A program made the position numbers and the translations under genes. Below the pieces are notes generated by a model, which was not told the origin of the DNA, made no database searches, and saw nothing but the letters and a program-made list of their open reading frames with translations. From an uncultured Chloroflexia bacterium (GTDB lineage Bacteria; Chloroflexota; Limnocylindria; Limnocylindrales; CSP1-4): a stretch of 64,000 nucleotides of DNA. Shown piece by piece: positions 1-9,677 of the stretch. Position 1 is the stretch's first letter. Every line of letters starts with the position of its first letter. The DNA lies in NCBI GenBank assembly GCA_963725745.1, contig CAVRZS010000005.1:1053500-1117499 (forward strand). Direction: 5' to 3'.

Positions 1-2
1 TG

Positions 3-287
3 CTCGTCGACGCGCTGCTCGAGCACGAGTACCGCGCGACCCGCCTGCATTCGTCGGGCGGTTTCCTCAAGCAGTCCAACGCGACGGTGATCGTGGGCGT
101 GGACGACGCCCAGGTGGACGAGGTCATCGCGATCGTCCGGGACAACTGCAACGCGCGGACGCAGGTCGTGAACCCGATGCCGCCGATCATGGAGCCGGGC
201 GAGTTCTTCATGCCCTACCCGCTCGAGGTCGAGGTCGGCGGCGCCACCGTCTTCGTCCTGCCGGTCGAGCGGTTCGAACGCCTGTGA
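3..287 (+). CDS. darA: Cyclic-di-AMP receptor, PII-like (DarA/PstA, DUF970); 5' end outside window
   Basis: Frame open from window start: RATRLHSSGGFLKQSNATVIVGVDD ... EVEVGGATVFVLPVERFERL, the DarA signature motifs. Confidence 0.9.
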   Translation, partial: LVDALLEHEYRATRLHSSGGFLKQSNATVIVGVDDAQVDEVIAIVRDNCNARTQVVNPMPPIMEPGEFFMPYPLEVEVGGATVFVLPVERFERL

Positions 288-294
288 GGGACGG

Positions 295-1227
295 ATGAAC
301 GCGGTCTTGCGCAAGGTCTTCCTGTGGTTGGCGCGCAACGCCTGGCTGCGCGAGCGCTTGCCGCAGCTCCCGTTCATGCAGAAGGCCGTGCGCCGGTTCA
401 TGCCCGGCGAGACGATCGACGACGCGCTGGGCGTCGCGGCCGAGCTACAGGCGCTCGGGATTCGGACGATGTACACCAAGCTCGGCGAAGGGATCACGGA
501 GGCGTCGCAGGCACAGGCGGTCGCCGACCACTACCTCGAGCTGCTCGCGAGGATCAAGGCGGCCGGCATCGACGGCGAGGTCAGCGTCAAGCCCACGCAG
601 CTGGGCCTCGACATAGACGAGGACATGTGTCTCGGCCACCTGCGCACCATCGCGGCCGCGGCCCAGGCGCAGGACTCGTATCTCTGGATCGACATGGAGG
701 ACAGCGCCTACCTCGACCGGACGATCGACCTTTACCAGCGCCTCCGCTCAACGCACGCCCGCACGGGGATCTGCCTCCAGGCGTACCTGCGGCGAACGGC
801 GAAGGACGTCGAGCGCCTGCTGCCGCTCGGGCCGGCGATCCGCCTCGTCAAGGGCGCCTACGACGAGCCCGCCGCGATCGCGTTTCGATCGAAGAAGGAG
901 GTCGACGCCAACTACGTCGGCCTCGCCGTGACCCTCGCCCGGGAGAGCCGCGGCCGCTCGATCCGACTGGGCCTGGGCACCCACGACGTCGAGCTCATCG
1001 AGCAGATCGCGCTGCATGCCGGCGCCGCGGGCGTGCCCAAGGATGCGTTCGAGGTGGAGATGCTGTACGGCATCCGGGTCAAGGAGCAGAAGCGGCTTGC
1101 GCGTTCGGGGTACACGGTGCAGGTGCTGATCGCCTACGGCGCCGCGTGGTACCCGTGGTACATGCGCCGGCTCGCGGAGCGGCCCGCCAACGTCCTGTTC
1201 GCGCTGCGCCAGCTGCTCCCGGGCTGA
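295..1227 (+). CDS. Monofunctional proline dehydrogenase
   Basis: RRFMPGET, SVKPTQLG, IDMED, LQAYLRR, RLVKGAY, THD, EMLYG, WYPWYMRRLAERPAN. Confidence 0.93.
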   Translation: MNAVLRKVFLWLARNAWLRERLPQLPFMQKAVRRFMPGETIDDALGVAAELQALGIRTMYTKLGEGITEASQAQAVADHYLELLARIKAAGIDGEVSVKPTQLGLDIDEDMCLGHLRTIAAAAQAQDSYLWIDMEDSAYLDRTIDLYQRLRSTHARTGICLQAYLRRTAKDVERLLPLGPAIRLVKGAYDEPAAIAFRSKKEVDANYVGLAVTLARESRGRSIRLGLGTHDVELIEQIALHAGAAGVPKDAFEVEMLYGIRVKEQKRLARSGYTVQVLIAYGAAWYPWYMRRLAERPANVLFALRQLLPG

Positions 1228-1250
1228 TCCCGGGCCATGCCGGGCCGCTC

Positions 1251-3983
1251 CTAGAGCGGCTTGATCAGGAGCGAATAGGGGCTCGCGCTCCAGTTGTCGG
1301 TCGGCGACGTCACCCGGACCTGGTAGGTCCCCTTGCTCAGCGTCTTGGTGATGACCTCGCTCGTCTTGCCCGACTTGTCGGACGATGCGATCACGGTCGA
1401 GCAGTCCTTGCGCAGCTCCAGGCGCCCATTGACGGGCAGATCGGCGAGCGTCACGCGGACCTTGCGCTTGTGCGCGAGGTGGAACGCGAACCAGTCGACG
1501 TCCGAGTTGCCGCTGGTCCGTTCCGAGATCGCGACCTTCTTGGGCGAGTTCGACGCGATGTTCGCGCAGTGGTCCGGCGCGTCGGGCACGTAGGTGGCCG
1601 TCAGGGTGCGGTTGCTGGTGAACGTGGGATTGCGGACGCGCTTGTGGGTGTCGTTCCAGGTGCTGAACCGGTAGCGCTGGCCGCCGATCGTTCGCGTCAG
1701 CGGCCCGCTGACGGTGGTGCTGTCACCCTTGATCAGCGTGGCCGTCCAGGGAGCAGGGTGGCTCGCGTTGCCGACCGCGAGCGGCACGCCGGTGGGCAGC
1801 GAGACCAGGTGGATGTCGACGGTCTCGGGCTGCAGCTGGACCTCGACCGTGGTCGAGGCGCCATCCTCGTCGGTCGCCGTGAGGCGGATGACGAGGAACG
1901 ACGGGTACTCGTGGTCAGGGGCATCGAACGAACCCGAGCCGCCCGAGTCCGTCACCAGCGTGTGCTCGTGGCAGCCCGCCGGGCAGTGCTCCATCACGAC
2001 TTCCCACGCGAGGTTGTCGCCGGTGAGGTTGCCATCTTCGGCGTCGGTCGCGTGCCCGGTGAACGCGATGTGATCGCCGACGGCCCAGCAGCCCGGCGCC
2101 GCACACGCGTCGGGCGAGTCGATCACAGGCTGGGGCGGGCTGTTCGCGGCGTCCACGGTGATGGTCACCGTGTCCGTGAGGCCGCTGGTGCTGTGGACGC
2201 GCAGCTTCGGGTGGTAGATGCCCTGGGTCGTGATGTTCCAGTCGTACGTCTGCCCCGAGACGTCGTAGGTGCCGTTGTTGTCGAGGTCCCAGTCCCAGCC
2301 GTCGATCGTGAACCCGGCGTTCGGATCGCTGGAGCCTGTGCCGTCGAGGTGCACCGTGACCGGCGCAATGGCGCTGGCGGGCGTGGCCGTGGCCCTCGCG
2401 GTGGGCGAGGTCAGGTAGCGAACCCGCATCACCCGCCCGCCGTTGTGGTCGACGTAGTAGAGGTCGCCGCCCGGCCCGGTCGTGAGGTCGACCGGATTGG
2501 CGATGCCGCTCGCGATCTGCTCGACCTGCGAGGCGTCCGGGATGCCGTTGGCCTGGGGCAGGATCGCCCCGAGGCAGTCGCGGCTGTAGTCGACGAAGAA
2601 CAGCGCGCCGTCGTACTTGGCTGGGTAGTCGACAGCGCTGCCGGACGCTCCTTCGTAGAACGCGACCCCGGAGATGGATGACGTCTGGTCGGCGGAACCG
2701 GGGAAGCAGGGTCCCTTCGGCGTCAGGCTGCCCGAGTGGGTGTACTGGTACAGCGGCGGCGTCACCGTCCCGGGCTGGCTCTGCTGCTGGGCATACAGGT
2801 TGGCGCACATGTTCGTCCCGATGTCCTTGAACGGCCCCTGCTGCGCGACGCCCTCGTAGCACGGCCAGCCGAAGTCGGCCAGCGTCGTCGGTGTCGCGGT
2901 CGCCTGCAGCGTGACCCGGTCGACCTCCTCCCACGTGCCATTGCCCACGTCGCCAACGTACAGGTCCGAATGTCCGGGTCGGAAGGTGATCCGGAACGGG
3001 TTGCGGAACCCGGTGGCGATCATGCGCTTCGTGTTGCTGTCGGCTCCCGCGACGTTCTTGAGGGGGTTGTCGGCGGGGGCGTTGCCAGTGGCCGGATCGA
3101 TGCGGATGATGGCGCCGTCGAGGCCGGTCGGATCCCCCTGTGTGCGCACGTCCTGTGAGCGAAGCATGCCGCCCTCGGCGGTTGCCTGGACCTGGCCCGG
3201 ATACGGGTCGTTGCAGGGATTGACCGGCGTCGGCGTCCCGGAGAGGGTGCCGCCGAGCTGTCCGTAGTCCATGCCGCCGAAGCTGGCACCGTCACCGCCG
3301 GTCACGTACAGGTAGCCGTCGGGGCCGAAGGCGAGCGCTCCACCCGCGTGGCTCGGGAACTGCTGGCACCACTCGCCGCCGGCGACATCGCCGATGAGGT
3401 TCAGGCGGCTGTTCGGATCCGCGACATTCGTCGCGAGATTGACGGTGTATCGGTCGAGCTTGCTGGTGACGACGCAGCCGTCAGTCGTCGCGCCGGGGGG
3501 CGTGGGGCACGAGTTCGACCAGCCCGGGCCCGTCTGTCCGGAGGGCCACCAGGGCGCCGACTGGCCCGGGGGCGCGTCGTAGACGTAGTACAGGTAGATG
3601 AACGGGCTGCCGTTGAGGAAGTCGGGATCGAGGGCGATGCTCAACAGGCCGCGATCCCAGAAGTCGTGCACGTCGTGCCGGATGTCGAGCACCTGCGTGG
3701 CCGACGAGTCGCTGACTGAGTCGTACTCCTTGATGATCCCCCGCTTCTCCGCGACGAACGCGCGCCCGTCACTCGCGAAGCGCACCGTCGTGGGCTGGGT
3801 GAGGCCCGTGAACACCGGGGAGTCGGCGAAATGGGGATCGGAGAACGATCCCGCGGCGGAGGCCGCCGAAGGCGCGACGATGCCCGCAACTGGGGCGATC
3901 AGGATGGACGCCGTCGCGATGACGGCCGCCAGCGCCGCGGCCAAGGGACGGCGACCCGAGGAATGGGCGGATGAGTGGGTCAT
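1251..3983 (-). CDS. Secreted PQQ-dependent glucose/sorbosone dehydrogenase-family beta-propeller with PKD/Ig-like and C-terminal PPC-like domains
   Basis: Signal peptide ending ASA; DRGLLSIALDPDF, HAGGALAFGPDGYLYVTGGDG, GFRNPFR; PKD-type WDWDLDNNG; C-terminal DVDWFAF...GTYQVRV. Confidence 0.85.
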   Translation of the reverse strand: MTHSSAHSSGRRPLAAALAAVIATASILIAPVAGIVAPSAASAAGSFSDPHFADSPVFTGLTQPTTVRFASDGRAFVAEKRGIIKEYDSVSDSSATQVLDIRHDVHDFWDRGLLSIALDPDFLNGSPFIYLYYVYDAPPGQSAPWWPSGQTGPGWSNSCPTPPGATTDGCVVTSKLDRYTVNLATNVADPNSRLNLIGDVAGGEWCQQFPSHAGGALAFGPDGYLYVTGGDGASFGGMDYGQLGGTLSGTPTPVNPCNDPYPGQVQATAEGGMLRSQDVRTQGDPTGLDGAIIRIDPATGNAPADNPLKNVAGADSNTKRMIATGFRNPFRITFRPGHSDLYVGDVGNGTWEEVDRVTLQATATPTTLADFGWPCYEGVAQQGPFKDIGTNMCANLYAQQQSQPGTVTPPLYQYTHSGSLTPKGPCFPGSADQTSSISGVAFYEGASGSAVDYPAKYDGALFFVDYSRDCLGAILPQANGIPDASQVEQIASGIANPVDLTTGPGGDLYYVDHNGGRVMRVRYLTSPTARATATPASAIAPVTVHLDGTGSSDPNAGFTIDGWDWDLDNNGTYDVSGQTYDWNITTQGIYHPKLRVHSTSGLTDTVTITVDAANSPPQPVIDSPDACAAPGCWAVGDHIAFTGHATDAEDGNLTGDNLAWEVVMEHCPAGCHEHTLVTDSGGSGSFDAPDHEYPSFLVIRLTATDEDGASTTVEVQLQPETVDIHLVSLPTGVPLAVGNASHPAPWTATLIKGDSTTVSGPLTRTIGGQRYRFSTWNDTHKRVRNPTFTSNRTLTATYVPDAPDHCANIASNSPKKVAISERTSGNSDVDWFAFHLAHKRKVRVTLADLPVNGRLELRKDCSTVIASSDKSGKTSEVITKTLSKGTYQVRVTSPTDNWSASPYSLLIKPL

Positions 3984-4080
3984 GAAGATGTGGATGAGAG
4001 CCCCGGATGAATGCACAGACTGTACTGACAGTTGCCCCACATGTCATGGTTGCCGATAGGACTTCTGGCCGCCACTGCCA

Positions 4081-5215
4081 ATGACCGAACTGGACCACAC
4101 CGAACCGATCTCCACGGTTCCGGCGGCGCGCGCTGACACCGGGCAGTTCGTGGTGCCACCGGGTCGCCCCTCGGGTTCCCGGCCACCGTCGCGCTGGGCC
4201 ACGATCGGAGCATGCATCGCGCTGGGCATCGCTGCCCTGACGACCTGGGGCTTGGTCGGCGAGGCCGCCCGCACGACCGAGCCCGTGCCGCCCGCGGCGC
4301 CTCCCGCCGAAACCGCACCACCGGCCCCGGCGAGCGCGACGATGGTGATCGTCGACGTGACCTCGGGCGAGGCGGCGCTCGACGCGCTGGCCCGCCTCGC
4401 GGGCTGGGGCGGCTGCCCGGTCTGGCGCGCGTTCGACGTTGCCGCCACGATTCTGCCTGCGACGGTCGAGTCGGCCATCCAGGTCTCCGGCGCCGGGCCC
4501 GGCTTCCTGGACGTGCGGGACGCTTCCCGGACGCTCGAGCGGATCTGGGTCGGCGGCGACGTCGAGGCTGCCGCACGCGCGTTCGGGGGCGCATTCCTCG
4601 TGCGCGAACCCACCGCCGCGTGGACCGTCATCCCGTGGCACCAGGGACAGGCCGCCGTGCGCCTGAAGCCGATCGCGCGACGCGACGGGGGCGTGTTCTG
4701 GCAGATCACTGGCCGGGCCGCGCCGGCGCCCTATTGCGTCGACCGCGGACACGGTGTCGACGCGCCCGTGCGGGTGCTGCACGTCGCCGGGGATGCGCGC
4801 GAGGGCGTGTTCCAGGCGGCGGGTTTCGGCGGCTGCCTGACGTGGTCGTTCGAGACGACGCCGACGGCACCTTCGTCCGCGGTGATCGAGCGGGCTGCGG
4901 CGGCCGCGCTCGTGCTGCCCGACGGGACGGGCTGGATCGACCTGCCCGCCGACGCGGTCGGCGGCGGTCGCCCGCTCAGCGCCTGGCTGGGGCGGGACGA
5001 GCGAGGCAGCCGCGGCCGCGCACGGGTCCACCCTGATGGTCATCGGCGACGCCGCGCCGGACGCCGCCTGGCTGCTGGTGACGCTCGACGATCACCCGGC
5101 CGCGATCGAGCTCCTGCGGGTCGAGAGCAAGGGCGGCTGGGTGGGCTGGATCCCGACCCGCAACGCGTCGGGGATGACCCGTCGGGCCGACGGCTACGCG
5201 GACGGCTGCGCCTGA
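4081..5215 (+). CDS. Membrane-anchored hypothetical protein (probable frameshift near 5015)
   Basis: N-terminal TM (WATIGACIALGIAALTTWGLV) and Pro-rich linker; protein-like sequence continues in another frame (STLMVIGDAAPDAAWLLV...) to TGA at 5213-5215. Confidence 0.55.
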
Positions 5216-5245
5216 TGCACCGCACCATGCGATCGTGATCCCGTC

Positions 5246-5781
5246 ATGAGCCTGCGCCCCGATCTCGTCGAATGCTGGCTGTTCCGCGTCCCACCGCCCG
5301 ACGGGGCCGGCCGACACGCCGATCCGAAGCGGACCGCCTCGAGATCCTGCTCATCCGCCGATCCCCGTCGCGGATCTTTCCCGGCCTGTGGCAATGCGTG
5401 ACGGGGGGCGTCGAGCCAGGTGAGCGCGTGCCCATGGCCGCCATGCGCGAGGTCGAGGAGGAGACCGGGCTGGGGCGGGCGCTCGTCGAGGCGTGGTACG
5501 ACCTCGACCAGGTGGCGCCGTTCTACGACGAGGGCGTCGATGGCATCGTCGTCAGCGCGATCTTCGCCGCGCGCATCCGGTCCGACGCCGACGTCCGCGT
5601 GTCCCACGAGCACGACGCGTTTCGCTGGGTCCCGGCCGGCGAGGCTCCGGCCGTCGCGATCTGGCCCTCATATGCCGAGTCGGTCCGGCGCGTGCGAGAC
5701 CTGCTGCTCGAGCCCGAGCTCGCCCGCTGGTTCGAGATCGACGCGAACGGCCGCCGGACCGCGCGCGGCCCGAAGGACTGA
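5246..5781 (+). CDS. NUDIX hydrolase, NudB-like (frameshift near 5330)
   Basis: Nudix box WQCVTGGVEPGE...AAMREVEEETG and SHEHDAFRW; N-terminus MSLRPDLVECWLFR in adjacent frame from ATG 5246. Confidence 0.85.
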
Positions 5782-5802
5782 GGGCGTCGGGAGCCGCCGT
5801 CG

Positions 5803-6678
5803 TCAGTAGCGCTCGGGCACGAACGACTGCTCGTCCAGTGGCGGCCGCACGTAGCCACGATCGGGCTCGCGCGGCGGCAGGACGATCTGTTCCGGGGTGA
5901 GGTCCTGGTAGGGGACCTGCGAGAGCAGGTGGTGGATCATGTTGAGGCGGGCGCGGCGCTTGTCGTCGGCGTTCACCACCCACCAGGGCGCCTGCTTGAT
6001 GTCCGTGTGGCGGAACATCTCGTCCTTGGCGATCGAGTACTCGACCCAGCGGGCGCGTGACTGGAGGTCCATCGGCGACAGCTTCCAGCGTTTGGTCGGG
6101 TCCTTGATCCGCGCCTCGAACCGGCGCTCCTGCTCGGCATCGCTGACCGAGAACCAGTACTTGATCAGGATGATCCCCGAGCGGACGAGCATCCGCTCGA
6201 ACTCCGGACACGAGCGGAAGAACTCCTCGATCTCGTCGCTCGTCGCGAAGCCCATCACGCGCTCGACGCCGGCGCGGTTGTACCAGCTGCGGTCGAACAG
6301 CACCATCTCGCCCGCGGCCGGCAGGTGCGCCGCGTAGCGCTGGAAATACCACTGGGTGCGTTCTCGCTCGGTGGGCGCCGGCAGCGCGACGACGCGCGCG
6401 ATCCGCGGGTTGAGCGCCAGCGTGAGGGTCTTGATCGCGCCGCCCTTGCCGGCGGCGTCCCGGCCCTCGAACAGCACCACGACCTTGAGCCCGCGGGCAT
6501 GCACCCATTCCTGGAGCTTGGCCAGCTCCAGCTGCAGCCGGGCCAGCTCGCGTTCGTACGCCTTGGTGGACAGCCGGTCCGCGCCGTTCCCGGTGACGTG
6601 AGCCTCGTCCTGCTCGCGGGGATCGTCGATCGACGCGCCGTCGTGTCCGTCGCCCGCCTTTGCCGCGCCTTTGGCCAT
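5803..6678 (-). CDS. ppk2: Polyphosphate kinase 2
   Basis: FEGRDAAGKGG Walker A, WYFQRY, FDRSWYNRAGVERVMG, WKLSPMD. Confidence 0.96.
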   Translation of the reverse strand: MAKGAAKAGDGHDGASIDDPREQDEAHVTGNGADRLSTKAYERELARLQLELAKLQEWVHARGLKVVVLFEGRDAAGKGGAIKTLTLALNPRIARVVALPAPTERERTQWYFQRYAAHLPAAGEMVLFDRSWYNRAGVERVMGFATSDEIEEFFRSCPEFERMLVRSGIILIKYWFSVSDAEQERRFEARIKDPTKRWKLSPMDLQSRARWVEYSIAKDEMFRHTDIKQAPWWVVNADDKRRARLNMIHHLLSQVPYQDLTPEQIVLPPREPDRGYVRPPLDEQSFVPERY

Positions 6679-6848
6679 CGATCAGCCCTCGCTCCGAGGT
6701 GACGCCGGCGTTGCCGTCGGCGTCGGAGCGCGATTATCTCCCCGTGAGGCCAGGGCGGCCGGGGCTGTTGCCGAGGAGACCCGCCGGACCGGCTCCCGCT
6801 AGACTGTGTGCCACCGGGTGGGCACCCGGGCTGCGAGAGGGCGACGCC

Positions 6849-8015
6849 TTGACCGAGACACTGGCCAACCGGCGCATCTTCCGGTCGAAGCTCGACACGA
6901 TCCGGACGACCTACGGGTTCGAGGACGTCTCGCTGGCGCCCGGTACCGACACCGTGGACCCCGCCGATATCGTCCTGGCCCAGACCTTCTGCGGGATCGA
7001 CCTCGACGTTCCGATCCTCGCCGCCGCCATGGACGCGGTGGTCGACGTCCGGCTGTCGGGCGAGCTGGCCCGCCTCGGCGGGCTCGCCGTGCTCAACCTC
7101 GAGGGCGTGCAGGTGCGCTACGACGACCCGTCCGAGGTCCTCGAGCGGATTGCGTCGGCGCCCGACGACGCCGTGCAGGACGTGCTGGCCGAGGCCTACG
7201 GCGCGCCGATCCGCGAGGAGCTGATCGCGCGCCGGCTCGACGAGCTGCACGCGGCAGGCTCGAAGGCCGCGGTCTCGGCGACCCCCGGCGTGGCCCGTCG
7301 CTTCGGGCCGTTCTGTGCCGAGCACGGTGCGGACCTGTTCCTGGTCCAGTCCCAGGTCTCGTCGGCTCGCCACCTGGCCACCGGCTACGAGCCGCTGGCG
7401 CTCGAGGACTTCACGCGGTTCATGCCGATCCCGGTCGCCGTGGGCAACACGACCAACGCGCAGGCCGCGTACATGCTCATGGAGCAGGGCGCCGCGGCGA
7501 TCTTCGTCGGCGTCGGGCCCGGGGCCGCGTGCACGACGCGCGAGGTCCTGGGCATCGGCATCCCGCAGGTCACCGCCATCGCGGACGTGGCGGCGGCGCG
7601 CGACCAGTACCACGCCGAGACGGGGACGTACGTGCCGGTGGTCGCCGACGGCGGCATGAAGCGCGGCGGCGACCTCGCGAAGGCGTTCGCCGCCGGCGCC
7701 GACCTCGTCATGCTCGGCTCGCCGCTCGCCCGCGCCGCCGAGGCGCCCGGCCGCGGGACGAACTGGGGCATGGCGGCTCCGTCGCCGGTGCTGCCGCGCG
7801 GCACGCGGATCAAGGTCGGGACGGTCGGGCCGCTCGAGCAGATCCTGAACGGCCCGTCGCACGTGACCGACGGGACGCAGAACCTGGTCGGCGCCCTCCG
7901 CCAGTCGATGGCCGCGCTCGGTGCCCGGACGATCGCCGACATGCACGACGTCGAGGTCGTGTACGCCCCGGCGGTGGCCACCGAAGGCAAGTCGTGGCAG
8001 GTCCGCGGGACCTAG
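6849..8015 (+). CDS. guaB3: GuaB3-family IMP dehydrogenase-related protein (no CBS domains)
   Basis: YGFEDVSLAPG, GGLAVLNLEG, VGVGPGAACTTREVLG (catalytic Cys), ADGG, LPRGTRI; TTG start after GAGAGG; TAGACT at 6800-6805. Confidence 0.9.
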   Translation: MTETLANRRIFRSKLDTIRTTYGFEDVSLAPGTDTVDPADIVLAQTFCGIDLDVPILAAAMDAVVDVRLSGELARLGGLAVLNLEGVQVRYDDPSEVLERIASAPDDAVQDVLAEAYGAPIREELIARRLDELHAAGSKAAVSATPGVARRFGPFCAEHGADLFLVQSQVSSARHLATGYEPLALEDFTRFMPIPVAVGNTTNAQAAYMLMEQGAAAIFVGVGPGAACTTREVLGIGIPQVTAIADVAAARDQYHAETGTYVPVVADGGMKRGGDLAKAFAAGADLVMLGSPLARAAEAPGRGTNWGMAAPSPVLPRGTRIKVGTVGPLEQILNGPSHVTDGTQNLVGALRQSMAALGARTIADMHDVEVVYAPAVATEGKSWQVRGT

Positions 8016-8034
8016 CGGGCAGCCATCAGCGCGG

Positions 8035-8442
8035 CTAGGTGCGGCGCGCGTCCTCGCCCGGAATGCCGCGGGCCGCGATCGCCGTCGCGAACCCGTCGAG
8101 GTCGTCCGTCCCGACATAGAACGCCGGCACGCGGAACCAGGTCCACTTGACCGGCTCACGGACGTCCAACCGGACCCCGCCGCGGGGGCTGCCCGCGAAC
8201 GACACGTCGCGATGACGGACGCTCATCCGAACCCCGATCGCCGTGATCCACAGCCACGGCCCTTCGATCCGCCAGCGGACGACGTTGGCGAGTGGCGTCG
8301 AGAACGAGAACCGCCCGAACCTGGCGGAGACCGTCTCGTCATCCACGGCGGCCCACGAGGTCTCGGGCGTCGCCCCGAACAGGATTCGCAACGGGAGCGC
8401 GGATCGGCGCCCGATCCGGATCGGGAATCGCTGTTCGGCCAT
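8035..8442 (-). CDS. Hypothetical protein (possibly PH-like fold)
   Basis: 135-aa ORF with genome-like codon usage; ARFGRFSFSTPLANV, GPWLWITAIGVR. Confidence 0.65.
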   Translation of the reverse strand: MAEQRFPIRIGRRSALPLRILFGATPETSWAAVDDETVSARFGRFSFSTPLANVVRWRIEGPWLWITAIGVRMSVRHRDVSFAGSPRGGVRLDVREPVKWTWFRVPAFYVGTDDLDGFATAIAARGIPGEDARRT

Positions 8443-8529
8443 GTGTCTCAGCCTACCGCTACGTCATCTGCCGGGCGCGATTCGCCACCCATGTCGATGG
8501 GGCCGCGGCGATGTGCGCGTCACTATGTG

Positions 8530-8692
8530 CTCACTGAACGCACGCGGTGCAGGGCGCCAGGCCCCGAGAACCGAGCCGCTCGAACAACTGAACAACAATC
8601 GAAGAACAACCGAATACCGATCAGAACCTCCTCCGACTCCCACGACCGGCCGCCCTCTCCCAACCTCGGGGCGGCCGGTTGTGGTGTGTCGG
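8530..8692 (+). ncRNA. Candidate small RNA (A-rich GAACAAC repeats, CU-rich motifs, 3' hairpin)
   Basis: A-rich tract 8581-8626, CCTCCTCC 8627-8634, 16-bp stem 8640-8655/8669-8684 with C-rich loop; opposite strand to both flanking genes; ends are estimates. Confidence 0.5.
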
Positions 8693-8698
8693 CGTCGT

Positions 8699-9607
8699 TC
8701 AGGCGAGCCCGAGGGCACCCAGCGTCGCGTCGCCACCCGGCAGGTGTCCCTGCTCTGCGAACCGGCGGAGGTGCTCCCCCGACCGCGGTTCGACCGTCGT
8801 CGCCCGTGCGAGCTCGACACGCGCGTCGTCGATCCGCCCGCCCAGGACCAGGCCGACCGCATGCCACAGCCGGATCTGATCGTCGTTCGGGGCCAGCGTG
8901 ATCGAGCGTTCGCTGGCCGCTGCGGCGGCCGCGATGTCGCGCCGGGCGCCGGCGGCCTCCGCCTCGTCCATGGCGTCGTACGCGCGTGCGAGCGTCAGCA
9001 GGCGGCCGAGCTCGTCCAGTGGCGCGCGGTGATCGTCAACCCGCACGTCGAACCGGCGCGTCCAGGGCGCGGGGGCATCGTCGCCGGCAGCGGCCGAACC
9101 CGGCGCCACGAGGAGCGCCGCCGACTGACGGCCGCGGACGTCGCCGCCCTCCCCCTCGGCCGCCACCAGGGCCGCGAGCAGGCGTGCGGCAAGGTCGCCA
9201 TCGGTGCTCGTGAACGCCGCCAGCATGGCCGCCGGCACCGTCGAGCGCTCCATCATGTTGGCCTGGACCGCCACGCCGTCGCCGACGAGGTGCGACGCGA
9301 ACCGGACGCACCCGGAGCCCGTGTGGGACGCGGCCCGGCCGCGGGCGTCGACCATGCCCACCTGGCGCACGGCCTCGCCGGGGTCCGCAGCGAGGACCTC
9401 GGCCAGCGCCGCCGGTGCTGGTCGCCCCTCGCGCATCAGGCGCAGGCCGTTCGGACCGTGGCCGACCTCGGTGAACGACTGCGTCGCGACGGCGCCGACG
9501 CCGGGTTCGACCCACGTGACACCGTTTCCGACGCAGAACCAGCGGCTCTGCACCGCCACGCCAAGCTCTCCGCTCGCGGGATCCAGGGCAACGATCGAGT
9601 ACGTCAT
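8699..9607 (-). CDS. DUF1028 (Ntn-hydrolase-like) protein with C-terminal TPR-like helices
   Basis: [54 protein letters not shown]. Confidence 0.9.
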   Translation of the reverse strand: MTYSIVALDPASGELGVAVQSRWFCVGNGVTWVEPGVGAVATQSFTEVGHGPNGLRLMREGRPAPAALAEVLAADPGEAVRQVGMVDARGRAASHTGSGCVRFASHLVGDGVAVQANMMERSTVPAAMLAAFTSTDGDLAARLLAALVAAEGEGGDVRGRQSAALLVAPGSAAAGDDAPAPWTRRFDVRVDDHRAPLDELGRLLTLARAYDAMDEAEAAGARRDIAAAAAASERSITLAPNDDQIRLWHAVGLVLGGRIDDARVELARATTVEPRSGEHLRRFAEQGHLPGGDATLGALGLA

Positions 9608-9677
9608 GGGGCACCTCCTGCGGGCTCGGGCGGCTAGACTCTGCATACACCATCGGAGTTCGCGCGGGGAGGGGTCA

